In this document: piece after piece, positions 39,629 to 50,894 of the stretch
Layout: the number at the start of each line of letters is the position of its first letter
Position numbering within the stretch: the first letter of the stretch is position 1
Assembly: GCA_040217195.1 (NCBI GenBank)
Contig: JAVJNR010000005.1
Coordinates: forward strand, 256,001 to 320,000
Length of the DNA stretch: 64,000 nucleotides
Source of the DNA: Leptospiraceae bacterium
Lineage (GTDB): Bacteria > Spirochaetota > Leptospiria > Leptospirales > Leptonemataceae
Direction of reading: 5' to 3'
The notes under the pieces: generated by a model
Told to the model about the DNA's origin: nothing
Database searches by the model: none
Seen by the model: only the letters and a program-made list of their open reading frames with translations
Position numbers and translations under genes: made by a program

Positions 39629-40771
39629 TCAAGTTTGCGGCGCTGTATTCGCGGAATCCATTTCCGTAACCTCCGCGAAAACCTCTGCAAGGTAGCGGCC
39701 CAGAAGAATTCGATTCTCCAGTCCTGCATACCATTTGCCACTGAGGCTCTGCCGAATCCTGCGAGCACCTGGTATGCCATGAAACAGTCCAAGCATATGA
39801 CGAACGATGCGAGCGGGGGGCACTCCTTCGTCAAAACGATCCAGGATATATCCATGCATTTTTTCCAGAACCTGACTCAACAGTACCCGCTGGGACTCCC
39901 GCACACGGGAAGTAGTCATGGCTTCAGAGACACCCTGGAATTCGCCGGATTGAAAACTTGAAGAATTCGTTTCACGCGCAAAATCAGTTGCCTGGAGCCC
40001 GGCATGGCCGTTGTCAAGAAGTGAATCCACAGATCCCAGGATCCTGGGGGTTTCATAAGCAGATCGACCTACCATGATACCATCCAGAGAGCCCTGTAGA
40101 TGCTTTCGCATTTCATCCAGGGTGCGAAGCCCTCCATTTAGTTCAATGGGCAGATCCGGAAATTCTTCCTTGAGCCGGTAAACATCGTCATAGCGTAGTG
40201 GAGGCACAGTTCGATTCTCAGCAGGATTCAATCCGCCCAGTACGGCGATTCTGGCATGCACAATTAAGCGATCGCATCCGGCCTCTACTATGGTTCTGGT
40301 GAAATGCTGCAGGTGATCATAGTCCGATAGAGGGGACATCCCTTTACTTTCAATGCCAATTCTGGACTTCACCGTTACCGGAATGGATACAGCTTCTTTC
40401 ATCGACTCAACAAGACGAGCCACATGAGAAGGGTCCGCCATCAAGCAGGCGCCAAAAGAACCGGAGGCTACTTTGTCACTGGGGCAGCCACAATTCAGAT
40501 TGATTTCGCTGTACCCCCATCGCTCGGCCCATCGTGCCGCTTGCGCCAGATACTCGGGCTCATTGCCGCCCAGCTGAAGCACCAGAGGTTGCTCCTCGGG
40601 ATGAAAGTCCAGAAATCTGGAACGGTCTCCATGGACGATGGCCCGGGCATGGATCATCTCGGTATACAGCACTGCCTTCTGACTCAGCTGCCGAGCCATG
40701 AAGCGATAGTGACGGTCTGTCCAATCCATCATGGGAGCTACGCTGAATCGTGTTTCTGAATATGATTTCAT
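39629..40771 (-). CDS. dusA: tRNA-dihydrouridine synthase A
   Basis: FSVAPMMDWTDRH, NLNCGCPS and HARIA.L.GL.PAENR..PPL.Y. Confidence 0.95.
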   Translation of the reverse strand: MKSYSETRFSVAPMMDWTDRHYRFMARQLSQKAVLYTEMIHARAIVHGDRSRFLDFHPEEQPLVLQLGGNEPEYLAQAARWAERWGYSEINLNCGCPSDKVASGSFGACLMADPSHVARLVESMKEAVSIPVTVKSRIGIESKGMSPLSDYDHLQHFTRTIVEAGCDRLIVHARIAVLGGLNPAENRTVPPLRYDDVYRLKEEFPDLPIELNGGLRTLDEMRKHLQGSLDGIMVGRSAYETPRILGSVDSLLDNGHAGLQATDFARETNSSSFQSGEFQGVSEAMTTSRVRESQRVLLSQVLEKMHGYILDRFDEGVPPARIVRHMLGLFHGIPGARRIRQSLSGKWYAGLENRILLGRYLAEVFAEVTEMDSANTAPQT

Positions 40772-41084
40772 ATGAGGATTTGAATGAGTCTTTTCTACAG
40801 ATGCACCGGGCTGCCACGACCTAAAGCATTATTACCGCTGCAACTTCGTCCGGCTCCTGACCTACAGCGGTTCATTGCCCGGGTTCGGATAATGTTGCCG
40901 GAGCGGCCAAATACGAACTTGCATGGCCACCGCCGGTCGGGGTACCATGAAAAAAGCAGAGGCCTGCAATCCCAATCTTACAGGACCAAATTCTGGAAGG
41001 AGCTAGGAGGGACCAGAGGGATTTACCAGTGCCTTGCTGGAGAAAACGGGTATAAGTCATGGGCCGCATGAATAGAGTGTCGAG

Positions 41085-42266
41085 CTACTCTGCAACTTGA
41101 TCTTTCTGTCGCTTTTGTTCACGCAATTTTTCCCAGGCCGAACCCGGAAGAGCATTGTTTCGAACTACAGTATTGACCAGTTGCGCACTCTCATGACTGA
41201 ATAGTCGATGATACTGGTTGTTCTCGATGCTTGAATTTCGAATCAGAACCCGACTATTCTGCCAGCCCATAATGGCCTTTTCAATATCTACCGGATAAGG
41301 GGGCCATGTATCAACTCCGCTGTTATCTCGGATGACTACATTTTCCATGACAACGTTAGAGTTGTAAGACCACATCAGGTCAAACACCGTTGTGTTCTTT
41401 TCGATTATTGAGTTTCGGACGATGACCTCTTTCGATTCTTCAAAGATCAATGCAGATAGATTGTTATCGGTGATTGTCACCCTCTCTAGAACCGCTCCGT
41501 CTACCGAATCCAGGTGAATACCGGTAACTCCTGAACCTCTAAATTCCGAATCAAGGATAATGACATTCTTGGAGGCAACAACATTCAATACCCCACCCCT
41601 GCATGGATAAGGCTGACTATGGTAGAGTGTCACATTCTTCAATTTTAGATTGTCGGCCCGCGTAAAGTATAGCACCTCGGAGTCGCCTACGTGATGTACA
41701 ATTTCAGTTCTACCTTCTCGCCCTACTATTTCTAGATTCGGAACGTTAGAGAGAATAACCGATCCATGATGTGGCTCGATATGGAAGAAAGGCGTATCCG
41801 CGGGATAGGTGAGGAACTTCTGGTAAGCCCCTCGATGAAAGTCTTTTACAAGATCAAGCCGATCTGCATCCAGGATAATCTTGCGGTTGGGTCGGATTTT
41901 GTGCAAGAAATCCGTTGTTGTTCTGACCTTGACTGTCTCCACCGGAAAGGTTAGTCCCAGTTTCGCATAATAAAGCTGGGATTCCAGAACAGATCTGCAA
42001 TAATTCGTGTAAGCACAGCCTTTACGGACATAGTCAAGATCCAGATCTGAGAATTCAGTATGGTCCTGTGAAACCTGCAATTTTTGCCCATCCACCCTCC
42101 AGGCTAATTTCGGAAAGTGGCTTCGGGCTCTTTTTAGCACCTGAGAATCCGTGAGCTTTTCTGGTCTCGTCCAGGGGCTGAGACCTGTTTCCCCTTCAGC
42201 CGAGCCCATGCAACCAAAGGGCAGCAGAGCTATACAAAGGGAAATGAGGTACCTTGCGAATTTCAT
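41085..42266 (-). CDS. Lipoprotein with right-handed parallel beta-helix repeats
   Basis: Lipobox PFGC; repeated V.I.NS.I..N units. Confidence 0.8.
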   Translation of the reverse strand: MKFARYLISLCIALLPFGCMGSAEGETGLSPWTRPEKLTDSQVLKRARSHFPKLAWRVDGQKLQVSQDHTEFSDLDLDYVRKGCAYTNYCRSVLESQLYYAKLGLTFPVETVKVRTTTDFLHKIRPNRKIILDADRLDLVKDFHRGAYQKFLTYPADTPFFHIEPHHGSVILSNVPNLEIVGREGRTEIVHHVGDSEVLYFTRADNLKLKNVTLYHSQPYPCRGGVLNVVASKNVIILDSEFRGSGVTGIHLDSVDGAVLERVTITDNNLSALIFEESKEVIVRNSIIEKNTTVFDLMWSYNSNVVMENVVIRDNSGVDTWPPYPVDIEKAIMGWQNSRVLIRNSSIENNQYHRLFSHESAQLVNTVVRNNALPGSAWEKLREQKRQKDQVAE

Positions 42267-42614
42267 TCGGACTCCTGTATAAACAGATGAAGCAACGCTG
42301 AACCCGGACAATTCTTCTCAATAATAATCTCTGCCAGCGAAGCGGCCTTTCGCTGGACTGCTAATCCCTGCGCCTCGATATATAGTTTATTCCGGAGCAT
42401 GCTTCATTGGATACAGAAACGATGGGATCCCGTCAAGGTAATGGGAGTCCAACGCCGGGATCGAAGGGCCCGAATTATACTCTGACACTCCCTTCGGAAT
42501 TCAGAAATCAAGCTTCCTTCGCATCAAAACTCCTTTCTATCCTTTCAAAGGCTCTGATGCTGGTACAAGACCTCCTTTTCCAGGAACCACTTGCTTTTTC
42601 GAGCACCCAGGCCC

Positions 42615-44465
42615 CTACTCCACCTGCTCGATATCTCTCACTGCACCGGTATGAGCAGAAGTGGTCAAAGCGGCATAGGCTCGCAATGCGGCGGAAACCT
42701 TACGGTCTCGATCCACCGGCTTCCAGGCAGATTTTCCTTTTGCATCCATCGCCTCTCTGCGTTTCGTCAGCTCATCTTCTGATACCTTCAGAACAATGCT
42801 TCGATTGGGAATATCGATTTCGATTGTATCGCCTTCTTCTACAAGACCAATGGCTCCGCCTGCCGCGGCTTCTGGAGAGACATGTCCGATGGAAAGACCG
42901 GATGTTCCGCCGGAGAATCGGCCGTCTGTAATCAATGCACAGTCTTTGCCCAGACCTTTGGACTTCAGATAAGACGTGGGATATAGCATTTCTTGCATAC
43001 CTGGCCCACCTTTAGGGCCTTCGTAGCGAATCACAACTACATCGCCGGCCACAATATGATTATTCAGGATCTTTATGACTGCATCTTCCTGACTTTCCAT
43101 GACTCTCGCTTTACCCGTGAATTTCAGGATCGACTCATCCACACCCGCTGTCTTTACAATGCAGCCTTCCGGAGCGATGTTTCCATACAGAACAGCCAGG
43201 CCTCCATCTTTTGAATAGGCGCTTTCCAGGTTGCGAATACAACCTTCTTTTCGATCAAGATCTAGATCCGGCCATTCTTTGTTTTGCGAAAAGGCTTCTG
43301 TAGTTGGCACGCCACCCGGACCGGCTTTATACATTTTCCGCGCAACCGAATCATCGCTCTGTCGAACAATATCCCAGCTTTCCAGAGCGTTTCCCATAGA
43401 AGGACTATGCACAGTGGGAACATCTCTTTGAATCAATCCGGCCCTATCCAGTTCGCCCAGGATCCCCATCACTCCACCGGCTCTATGTACATCCTCCATA
43501 TGATATTTCTGAGTGGACGGAGCTACTTTGCAAAGGCAGGGCACCTTACGAGAAATGGCATCTATATCGGCCATTGTGAAGTCCACGCCCGCCTCTCGCG
43601 CTGCAGCAAGGATATGAAGTACAGTATTCGTAGATCCTCCCATGGCCACATCCAGACTCATGGCATTTTGAAAGGCCTCAAACGTTGCGATGTTACGAGG
43701 CAATACAGATATATCATCCTTTTCATAGTAGCGTTTCGCAAGCTCTACCACGATGTCCCCGGCCTTTAAAAATAGATCCTTTCGCGCTGCATGGGTGGCC
43801 AGCAATGATCCGTTCCCTGGAAGCGAAAGCCCCAGTGCTTCTGTGAGACAGTTCATGGAATTCGCAGTAAACATTCCAGAACAGGAACCGCAGGTAGGAC
43901 AGGCAGATCGTTCCAGGATGGCTACTTGCTCATCGGAAATAGCCGGGTTGCCCGCCTCAACCATGGCATCAATCAAATCCAGTTTTCGCTCCTGACCTTC
44001 CCATTGAACCTTACCGGCTTCCATGGGGCCGCCTGAAACAAAAACTGTGGGAACATTCAGTCGCATGGCGGCCATCAACATGCCTGGAGTAATCTTATCG
44101 CAGTTCGAAATACATATTAGAGCATCCGCAGTATGCGCATTCACCATATACTCTACAGAGTCTGCGATCAAATCCCGGCTGGGCAGAGAATAAAGCATGC
44201 CAGAATGGCCCATGGCAATTCCATCATCCACGGCAATGGTATTGAATTCTTTGGCTACACCACCGGCCGATTCGATCTGGCGTGCAACCATCTGACCCAG
44301 GTCTTTTAGATGCACATGCCCTGGCACAAACTGAGTAAAGGAATTTGCGATCGCAACGATGGGCTTATCGAAATCGGCATCGGTCATGCCCGTGGCTCTC
44401 CATAGAGCGCGGGCCCCGGCCATGTTTCGGCCTGCCGTGGAGGTTTTTGATCTGTACTGAGGCAT
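42615..44465 (-). CDS. ilvD: Dihydroxy-acid dehydratase
   Basis: [16 protein letters not shown] start; [20 protein letters not shown] and TDGRFSG. Confidence 0.98.
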   Translation of the reverse strand: MPQYRSKTSTAGRNMAGARALWRATGMTDADFDKPIVAIANSFTQFVPGHVHLKDLGQMVARQIESAGGVAKEFNTIAVDDGIAMGHSGMLYSLPSRDLIADSVEYMVNAHTADALICISNCDKITPGMLMAAMRLNVPTVFVSGGPMEAGKVQWEGQERKLDLIDAMVEAGNPAISDEQVAILERSACPTCGSCSGMFTANSMNCLTEALGLSLPGNGSLLATHAARKDLFLKAGDIVVELAKRYYEKDDISVLPRNIATFEAFQNAMSLDVAMGGSTNTVLHILAAAREAGVDFTMADIDAISRKVPCLCKVAPSTQKYHMEDVHRAGGVMGILGELDRAGLIQRDVPTVHSPSMGNALESWDIVRQSDDSVARKMYKAGPGGVPTTEAFSQNKEWPDLDLDRKEGCIRNLESAYSKDGGLAVLYGNIAPEGCIVKTAGVDESILKFTGKARVMESQEDAVIKILNNHIVAGDVVVIRYEGPKGGPGMQEMLYPTSYLKSKGLGKDCALITDGRFSGGTSGLSIGHVSPEAAAGGAIGLVEEGDTIEIDIPNRSIVLKVSEDELTKRREAMDAKGKSAWKPVDRDRKVSAALRAYAALTTSAHTGAVRDIEQVE

Positions 44466-44831
44466 ATCAATCCAGTCCCGGTTCTGGGTTTTGCGGTCGA
44501 CTAAAAAAGCCCCATTGGACGGCCATTCAGGCCCTGAAGAAATAACTGAAATCCGTATACCATCCACGGCAGATAGGTGCCCAATCCTACTACCGCCTCC
44601 CCCATTCAATTCGATTGCAGCGGATTCCGTGGAGAGGTGGTAGACGAATGGACAGCAATCAATCGGGATTTCCTGAATCGTTTGTCCGGTGTATGCACGA
44701 AAAGAGTTGTGCCTTTATTGTAGAATCTGCATCAAAAGTCAGGGATACTAACTGGCAGAGGGAACCTGTAGACAATCCTCTGGTAATTGAACCTCATCAG
44801 TACAACAATTTGTGTGCTACCATCAATCCAT

Positions 44832-45614
44832 ATGCAACATCAAAAGAGACAGGCACCCGAAGTAATATTTATTTCGATTCTACTCTGTGGCTTGCTCTCA
44901 CATCCGGTGCAATCCGAAAACCGGGATCTTCCTTTCCTGACTGAAGTTGATCCGGCTGAGAATCCGGTATCTGACACAGAGGAGCCAGAAATTCGCACCA
45001 TCGTTCTAAAACAATCATCCCCGGCCGGAACCTATGACATCGAGCTATCGGTTCCGGAAAATCGGACAGCCAGGGACCATCCAAACACTTCCCATCTCTG
45101 TAGAAACGGATATCAAAACTTTGACTGCCGTCTGGATGTAAAACGAGGCTCAGAATCTATTTATTTTGGCCAATCTTCCTGGCCTTTTCGCTGGCTCAGC
45201 GATTCAGTTCTACTTCTGGAGCAGGCCATGGGAGAATGCGGCTGGTCCGAACGTCAGGTTACAGAATTAGATCTTGCCACAGAGAATCCGAAACCCAGAA
45301 AGCTCTGGTCTGTGGAAACCAGCTCTCCATGCGAAGCTTATCGGGAGGAAGGTCAAAAACTGGATCCGCGAACTATTGTGACCATCTGTCATCGCGAAGA
45401 TTGCTATAGTTTTGTCACAGATCCAGAGAATAAAACCATTGATTTGTATTTAGCCCCGGAGTATGGCAGGCAAGGTAAGAGGATCCAGGGTCTGGAATAC
45501 GGAAGCAAGATTGAACCAGAGTTTCACTCAGAGTATGCAATAGTAATTGTGAACGCGAAAAGATTCCGAGTCACCCAGGATGGACTGGTAGAATTTAGAG
45601 CAGAAAACCCATAA
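44832..45614 (+). CDS. Hypothetical secreted protein
   Basis: Signal-like N-terminus, Cys pairs, beta-rich; start uncertain. Confidence 0.6.
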   Translation: MQHQKRQAPEVIFISILLCGLLSHPVQSENRDLPFLTEVDPAENPVSDTEEPEIRTIVLKQSSPAGTYDIELSVPENRTARDHPNTSHLCRNGYQNFDCRLDVKRGSESIYFGQSSWPFRWLSDSVLLLEQAMGECGWSERQVTELDLATENPKPRKLWSVETSSPCEAYREEGQKLDPRTIVTICHREDCYSFVTDPENKTIDLYLAPEYGRQGKRIQGLEYGSKIEPEFHSEYAIVIVNAKRFRVTQDGLVEFRAENP

Positions 45615-45661
45615 TAAAGACTAATTGCGAAAGCTGGTAGGGACGGCAGATAGTCTGACGT

Positions 45662-46087
45662 TCAAGAATTGGCTCTGAGATCTTTACTGTAGCTGGCTCT
45701 TGCTATAAATTCGTTTCCCGAGAATCCAGGCAGCCACAGCGGTGCCCGGGAATCTCCCTGGCTTGATTTTCTTATTCGATAATCATTTCGGGATTCAGGA
45801 CCTTCAGTTTCATGATATCCGTATCCGGTAGATTGTTTCCTTTGATTCGAATGCTTTCCAGCTTCCGCAACTTGAACACATCCGGCGGTAGTTCTGAAAG
45901 CTGGTTCCATGAATAGTTCCTCCAGTGTTTCGAGCTCGATGAATTCTCGACGGAGACTCAGTAATTTCCTATCTGTGAGGTCCAGATTCTTGATTCCGCC
46001 ACCTTCCAGGTCGCCGTCAAATAGTATAGAGGCATCAAAGCCAATGAGTCCCAGCGGATCATATTGCTTTAGATTAAATTGTTCCAT
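45662..46087 (-). CDS. Hypothetical protein
   Basis: 141-aa ORF 13 bp downstream of the YcaQ-like gene, same strand. Confidence 0.4.
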   Translation of the reverse strand: MEQFNLKQYDPLGLIGFDASILFDGDLEGGGIKNLDLTDRKLLSLRREFIELETLEELFMEPAFRTTAGCVQVAEAGKHSNQRKQSTGYGYHETEGPESRNDYRIRKSSQGDSRAPLWLPGFSGNEFIARASYSKDLRANS

Positions 46088-46099
46088 ACAGCACCGGTA

Positions 46100-47290
46100 T
46101 CAAGATTCGCCTAACCTGGATAACTCGCGAATCATCATTTTCTGCAGACTTACCGGTTGGGCCCCGGAAATTATTATTCGATCACATTCATTGAACTCTG
46201 CAAAGCACTTGAGCTCCGTAACGAATTCAGTGGTAAACTCCTGCCGATTAACATTACTGGTTTCCAGGTAAAGATTGATTAATTCGAACACCCTGTTTCT
46301 TCGGTGCGCTTTACAGTCGGCCCTTCCAACAATTTCACCCCGGTGGAGAATGGGTAAACAGAAATAACCGTACCGCCGTTTCTCTTTGGGGACATAGCAT
46401 TCAATTCGGTAGTCGAATCCAAAAATCTGCGATAACCTTTCGCGGTGGATTACCAGATTGTCAAATGGAGATAGAATTCGAACTCCCTCTTGCCTGGCCA
46501 TCTTTCTGGAATGAAGAGATTTGGTAAGTGCAAACACCGCAGGAATACCATTTTCTTCTACTTTGATGACGGAGCCTTCTTCTATTCTTTGTTCCAGGAT
46601 TTTTGATAGATTCGATCGGATCTCCTTTCCTTTTCGCAGATGAGTCAATTGAGCCATTGTAGTGAAACCATGCGCCTTCAGGGTAGAATCTACCAGAAAT
46701 TCACAGAACTCGTCGGCGGTAGGAGGTTTCGTTTTTATTTCCGAAGGAAGTACTCTTTCAGTCAGATCGTAAACCTTTTGCATATTGTTCCTTGCGGAGA
46801 TCATTAAATCACCTTGAAAGAATAGCTTTTCCAGGGCCTGGCTACTGTGTTTCTTATTTCCCCAGGCGGAGGAAATTCTGGCCGAATCAAAATCCCTGGA
46901 TTGTAGTGGTCCTTCCGCTCGAATTCTTTCCAGGACATGCTTTTCAAGTTTTTTACTAACCGCCGAAAAGTGTTTCATTGCACCTGGCCATACGCTGAGC
47001 AATAGAGGAATGCGAAATCGGTAATCTTCTATGGGTAAATACGATGCTGCATGATACCAGAACTCAAAAATGCGGCGCTCTTTAAGAGCCTTGTCCAGGT
47101 ACTCTGTTCGATACTCTGGAATTCGATTCCATAAAGTATGGTGGTGAGCCCGACTCACAACAGAAATTGTATCGATTTGAAGGTACCCGAGGCTCTTTAC
47201 AACTTGTGCAACATTGGGCTTTCGTCCAGTGGACGCGGCGTCCGTCAGGCCCTGGTGGTGCAATGCGATCTGTTTGAGTTTCTCCTTCAC
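46100..47290 (-). CDS. YcaQ/AlkZ-family (HTH_42) crosslink-repair DNA glycosylase
   Basis: LQIDTISVV (QxD), FE.W.HAAS, LSPFDNL and YRIECYVP..KR.YGY. Confidence 0.9.
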   Translation of the reverse strand: MKEKLKQIALHHQGLTDAASTGRKPNVAQVVKSLGYLQIDTISVVSRAHHHTLWNRIPEYRTEYLDKALKERRIFEFWYHAASYLPIEDYRFRIPLLLSVWPGAMKHFSAVSKKLEKHVLERIRAEGPLQSRDFDSARISSAWGNKKHSSQALEKLFFQGDLMISARNNMQKVYDLTERVLPSEIKTKPPTADEFCEFLVDSTLKAHGFTTMAQLTHLRKGKEIRSNLSKILEQRIEEGSVIKVEENGIPAVFALTKSLHSRKMARQEGVRILSPFDNLVIHRERLSQIFGFDYRIECYVPKEKRRYGYFCLPILHRGEIVGRADCKAHRRNRVFELINLYLETSNVNRQEFTTEFVTELKCFAEFNECDRIIISGAQPVSLQKMMIRELSRLGES

Positions 47291-47806
47291 AAATTACATA
47301 CCAGATTCAAGGCTTCAGCAAGACCGCCAATAAAAAATGCGGATCCCAGCATGCCTTCCCATTGCCGGCCAAGGACATCTATGCAAACAACCTTAAAATA
47401 GGGAGTGGGAATGATCTAGAATTTCGTCCGGAGTTTCTTATTGTAGACGAGAATTAGAAAAGATTCCGGCGGGTCGAGCATAGATTGCTACGTATAAAAG
47501 ATGCGCAACCATTGAATTATCTGGACTCGGAAGCAAATTCAGGACTGGCAATAAACCAGCAAAGTCAGGAAATTCACAGTCCATGGGGGCCGGTTCGAAG
47601 ACTCACGTTGCGGGTGCTTACTTTATCGGAAAACCGAATATCGCCTAATCTTCTGAATAATTTCCCCCAATCTATCTCGATGGCAGAATAATGTTGTATT
47701 CAGGAAATAGCTCCTCGCGTCGCCGGATCATGCGCGAATACAAATTCTCAGCTCCAAACTGAGCTATTCCTTGTTGAAAATATCCGATAAAACGGTGCTA
47801 GTGACT

Positions 47807-48025
47807 CTAACGTGGCACGCCAAACGTCTTGGCCACGAAACCACAGCTCTTGCACATGATCAAAAGCAAATTCCCGGAAGGAGAATAGGATGTCATTCCC
47901 AGGGTTGTGCCTTTCTTTTTCACGATCCCCTCCTTCTCATACATATACGCAATCCCCATTTCCTTATTGCCGCATTCTGAGCATTCGGTCCTATTTTTTA
48001 CATCTTCATAAAACGATTCTTCCAT
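47807..48025 (-). CDS. Small zinc-ribbon protein
   Basis: CSECG...CKSCG in 72 aa. Confidence 0.65.
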   Translation of the reverse strand: MEESFYEDVKNRTECSECGNKEMGIAYMYEKEGIVKKKGTTLGMTSYSPSGNLLLIMCKSCGFVAKTFGVPR

Positions 48026-48212
48026 AGTCCGCCATTGTATCCAGATCGATCAATAGGCAAGAAGTAAATCCATGGCATCGCTGAATCCAATGAATATAAC
48101 GTTCATTAATGGATTTCAGGATTCATTCGCAGAATTCTGGGCCAGGCCTCAAGCCTGCATTCAGATATTCTGCAATTCTGGCGAGCCAGTAAAGTATGAC
48201 TGCCGGCCCACA

Positions 48213-48827
48213 CTACTGACTCATGGTTTCGGATTCCGCCCCGATGTGCACTCCTTCTGCAGAAACTTTGATCTGAACGCTTTTAACTGTTAGACCACGT
48301 TTCACTAACGTTGTGAGCCTACCCGAAAGGAAACGATAGATAAGCCAGGCGATCCTTGAGTTTGCCTGCCCAATCGCTGAAGAAGGAGACTCGAGCTGCC
48401 ATCTGGTAATTTTTCCCCATTGAGTATCATAGATTCTGCGGTTGGCATTCTTGCAGAAAATCTCCAGTTCATTGCGAAGCAAGGTCCTGTCTTGAACTGA
48501 ACCAGGGCCCAAAACCTCAATACTACAGGCATGCCACACCTCGGATCCAATACCTTTTCGTTCAAAGACAGCAAGATCGCCATTCACCGTAAACGGTAGA
48601 TTCCCTGGCCACCGATTAAAGCTAGTGAATGCAGTAGCCGCGTAGATCAAGAAAATAGGTCCATAGAGGATCAATGGTAGAAAGACAAGCGCCCAGAACG
48701 GATGGACTTCAACACAAACTAACAATGCCAGGGCCAGACCAAGGGAGGTTGTCAGTACGAAAACCGAAACCAATCCGCCGGTGGACAGCCCTGTCATTAA
48801 ACGAAGCATTATGAAAAATCGATTCAT
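48213..48827 (-). CDS. Hypothetical membrane protein
   Basis: Two N-terminal TM segments plus a soluble domain; start uncertain. Confidence 0.6.
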   Translation of the reverse strand: MNRFFIMLRLMTGLSTGGLVSVFVLTTSLGLALALLVCVEVHPFWALVFLPLILYGPIFLIYAATAFTSFNRWPGNLPFTVNGDLAVFERKGIGSEVWHACSIEVLGPGSVQDRTLLRNELEIFCKNANRRIYDTQWGKITRWQLESPSSAIGQANSRIAWLIYRFLSGRLTTLVKRGLTVKSVQIKVSAEGVHIGAESETMSQ

Positions 48828-49132
48828 AGATATATTCCGGGTACCGGGAACTACCCAAATTGACGCACTCTTATAATGCAAACGGTACAAATAACAAAAT
48901 CAAATTCTATCTTACCGACATTTCTCAGCTACCCGACAAATAGCGGAATGTGATCAAAAAACCGAAGTAGTTTCGAATCCCTCGGGTTCTCAGAAGAATT
49001 CAGGTTTCATTCTTTCGAAGTCGACCTGCAGACTATACGCTTTCAGGATACACTTTATGTAACGTTCTATACTGGCGCGGACCAAACAAAAATGGAGCTA
49101 GATTTGTTCACGATTTGTAGTCTAAGATTACT

Positions 49133-49384
49133 ATGATCGCAGTACCTGATCCCAAATATGGCCTAATCGTTTTCGATAACAACGTCCTGGAAGTCTTCGA
49201 AAGCAACGGTAGCAGCAAGAGATTCCACCGGGTCTTGATAAACAGCATTGAGCTAAACGAGAAAAAACACTTCATAGAGATCAAATATTCGGATGTAAAC
49301 CTATCCCAGCGGATTCCTTTCAAACCGGATGCCATTGACCAGGCTCAAGCACTGGTCAATACCGTAGAATCTTCCGGTCAGTAG
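49133..49384 (+). CDS. Small hypothetical protein
   Basis: 83 aa, protein-like composition, beta strands then a C-terminal helix. Confidence 0.55.
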   Translation: MIAVPDPKYGLIVFDNNVLEVFESNGSSKRFHRVLINSIELNEKKHFIEIKYSDVNLSQRIPFKPDAIDQAQALVNTVESSGQ

Positions 49385-49401
49385 CAGCAAGGACACTGCG
49401 C

Positions 49402-49734
49402 TCAGCCGCTGGATCTCTTTCGAATTGCCACAATGGCCCAGACTATCACAAAAATGATTAGTCCGTAAAAAGTGCCTGCCACCAGTGCAATCCAGAATTT
49501 GTTGATGGGTCGTGGCTGCCCCGAAGGATCCACGCATAAGTAGGTAGCCTGGATGTAGGTTCTACCAGGAAGCGGATTTGTAACGCTTTGAGACCAGGAC
49601 ATTTCTCCATCAGGGCAAACCAGAGGCCCTGCTACAAAGTTGATGGGTGGATAGGCTGCACCCAACCCCAGTGATATTGCAGTGACACCCAAAAAGATAC
49701 TGAACACCAGTCCGATTCGTATAATCATATGCAA
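49402..49734 (-). CDS. Small two-TM membrane protein
   Basis: Two TM segments flanking a loop with two Cys; GAGG RBS. Confidence 0.7.
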   Translation of the reverse strand: MHMIIRIGLVFSIFLGVTAISLGLGAAYPPINFVAGPLVCPDGEMSWSQSVTNPLPGRTYIQATYLCVDPSGQPRPINKFWIALVAGTFYGLIIFVIVWAIVAIRKRSSG

Positions 49735-49836
49735 CCTCGTTGGCCGGCTCCAAAGCCAACCCTGAAATTCAATGCACTTAAGAAAGCTCCAGGCGGGTAG
49801 CGAAGCATACTTTTTTTTACCCGGTGCACTTGATAA

Positions 49837-49863
49837 TGTCGAAAATCGGTCATCGACTCCGAC
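49837..49863 (+). promoter_or_regulatory. ECF42-type promoter
   Basis: TGTCGA, 17 nt, CGAC upstream of the VOC-YciI-ECF operon. Confidence 0.7.
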
Positions 49864-49939
49864 CCTCTATTATCGGGCACATTTCTTGAGGGAGGATGTA
49901 TGAAATTGAGATTCCATTTCCAGGTAAGGAGGCCAAGCC

Positions 49940-50374
49940 ATGAATTTAGAGCGTATGGATAACGTAGGAATCGTAGTAAGGGACCTTTCCCGGGCGGTAG
50001 AATTCTTTGTTGCGCTGGGTATGGAGCTACAGGGACAGATGCCTGTGATGGGTCAATGGGTTGACCAGGTCATTGGACTGAAAGACTCGGAGATTCAAAT
50101 TGCGATGCTAAGAGTGCCGGGTGAGACAACCGGTATTGAGCTAATGAAATTCCAGAATCCGCCGGCGAAGTCCACGGATTCAGATGCTCCACCAAACACC
50201 GCTGGAATACGACGCATAATGTTTGCCGTGGAAGACATTGAAGCCACAATTGAAAGCCTGGAGCAGCTGGGCGGTCGGCTCATAGGTGAACTGGTTCAAT
50301 ATGAAAATAGTTATAAACTCTGCTACATTCGAGGTCCGGAAGGTATGATGATCGCGCTTGCAGAGGAACTATGA
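49940..50374 (+). CDS. VOC/glyoxalase-family protein
   Basis: RMDNVGIVV.DL, IELMKF and YIRGPEG..I.LAE. Confidence 0.92.
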   Translation: MNLERMDNVGIVVRDLSRAVEFFVALGMELQGQMPVMGQWVDQVIGLKDSEIQIAMLRVPGETTGIELMKFQNPPAKSTDSDAPPNTAGIRRIMFAVEDIEATIESLEQLGGRLIGELVQYENSYKLCYIRGPEGMMIALAEEL

Positions 50375-50498
50375 AGGTCATTTCGCATTACAGGTGTATA
50401 AGAAGAAATCCGTGCTCAAAGGGCCTGGAGAGTAAAGACTGGCCTAATCCAGTGTAGATATAGGCCAAAATAATTCTATTAAATGCGAGGAACAGATT

Positions 50499-50894
50499 AT
50501 GAAATACTTATTAATGATGCAATTTCCCTGGGGCGAATGGCAGACCAACTTTATCGGAAACTGGCCTTCCCAGGATGTAAATGCGCATATGGATTTTCTC
50601 AGAGAATTCAATAGAAAGTTAGAAGAGAACGGTGAACTGGTAGATATTCAGGCCCTGGTGGGTCCGGAAGATGCGAAGATTGTCCATGCTCAACCGGACG
50701 GCAAACCCACAATAACGGATGGTCCATTCCCGGAGGCCAAAGAATTCCTGGCCGGCTTCTGGGTCATCGATGTGGAGTCAGAAGAAAGGGCACTGGAATT
50801 GGCAGGGCTTGCCTCCGCTGCTCCAGGCCCCGGTGGCAAGCCGCTCAATATGCCCATCCAGGTAAGACAGGTAATGCGGGGTCCGGAGCCCTGA
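50499..50894 (+). CDS. YciI/DGPF-family protein
   Basis: MKYLL... and TDGPFPEAKEFLAGFW. Confidence 0.93.
   Translation: MKYLLMMQFPWGEWQTNFIGNWPSQDVNAHMDFLREFNRKLEENGELVDIQALVGPEDAKIVHAQPDGKPTITDGPFPEAKEFLAGFWVIDVESEERALELAGLASAAPGPGGKPLNMPIQVRQVMRGPEP

Noticed and set aside
40700..41084. dusA-associated genomic island
   Set aside because: The dusA 5' end is intact and no integrase or att duplication is visible.
44466..44620. Branched-chain amino-acid attenuator upstream of ilvD
   Set aside because: A T-run exists, but the stem is weak and the short ORF has no Ile/Leu/Val codon run.
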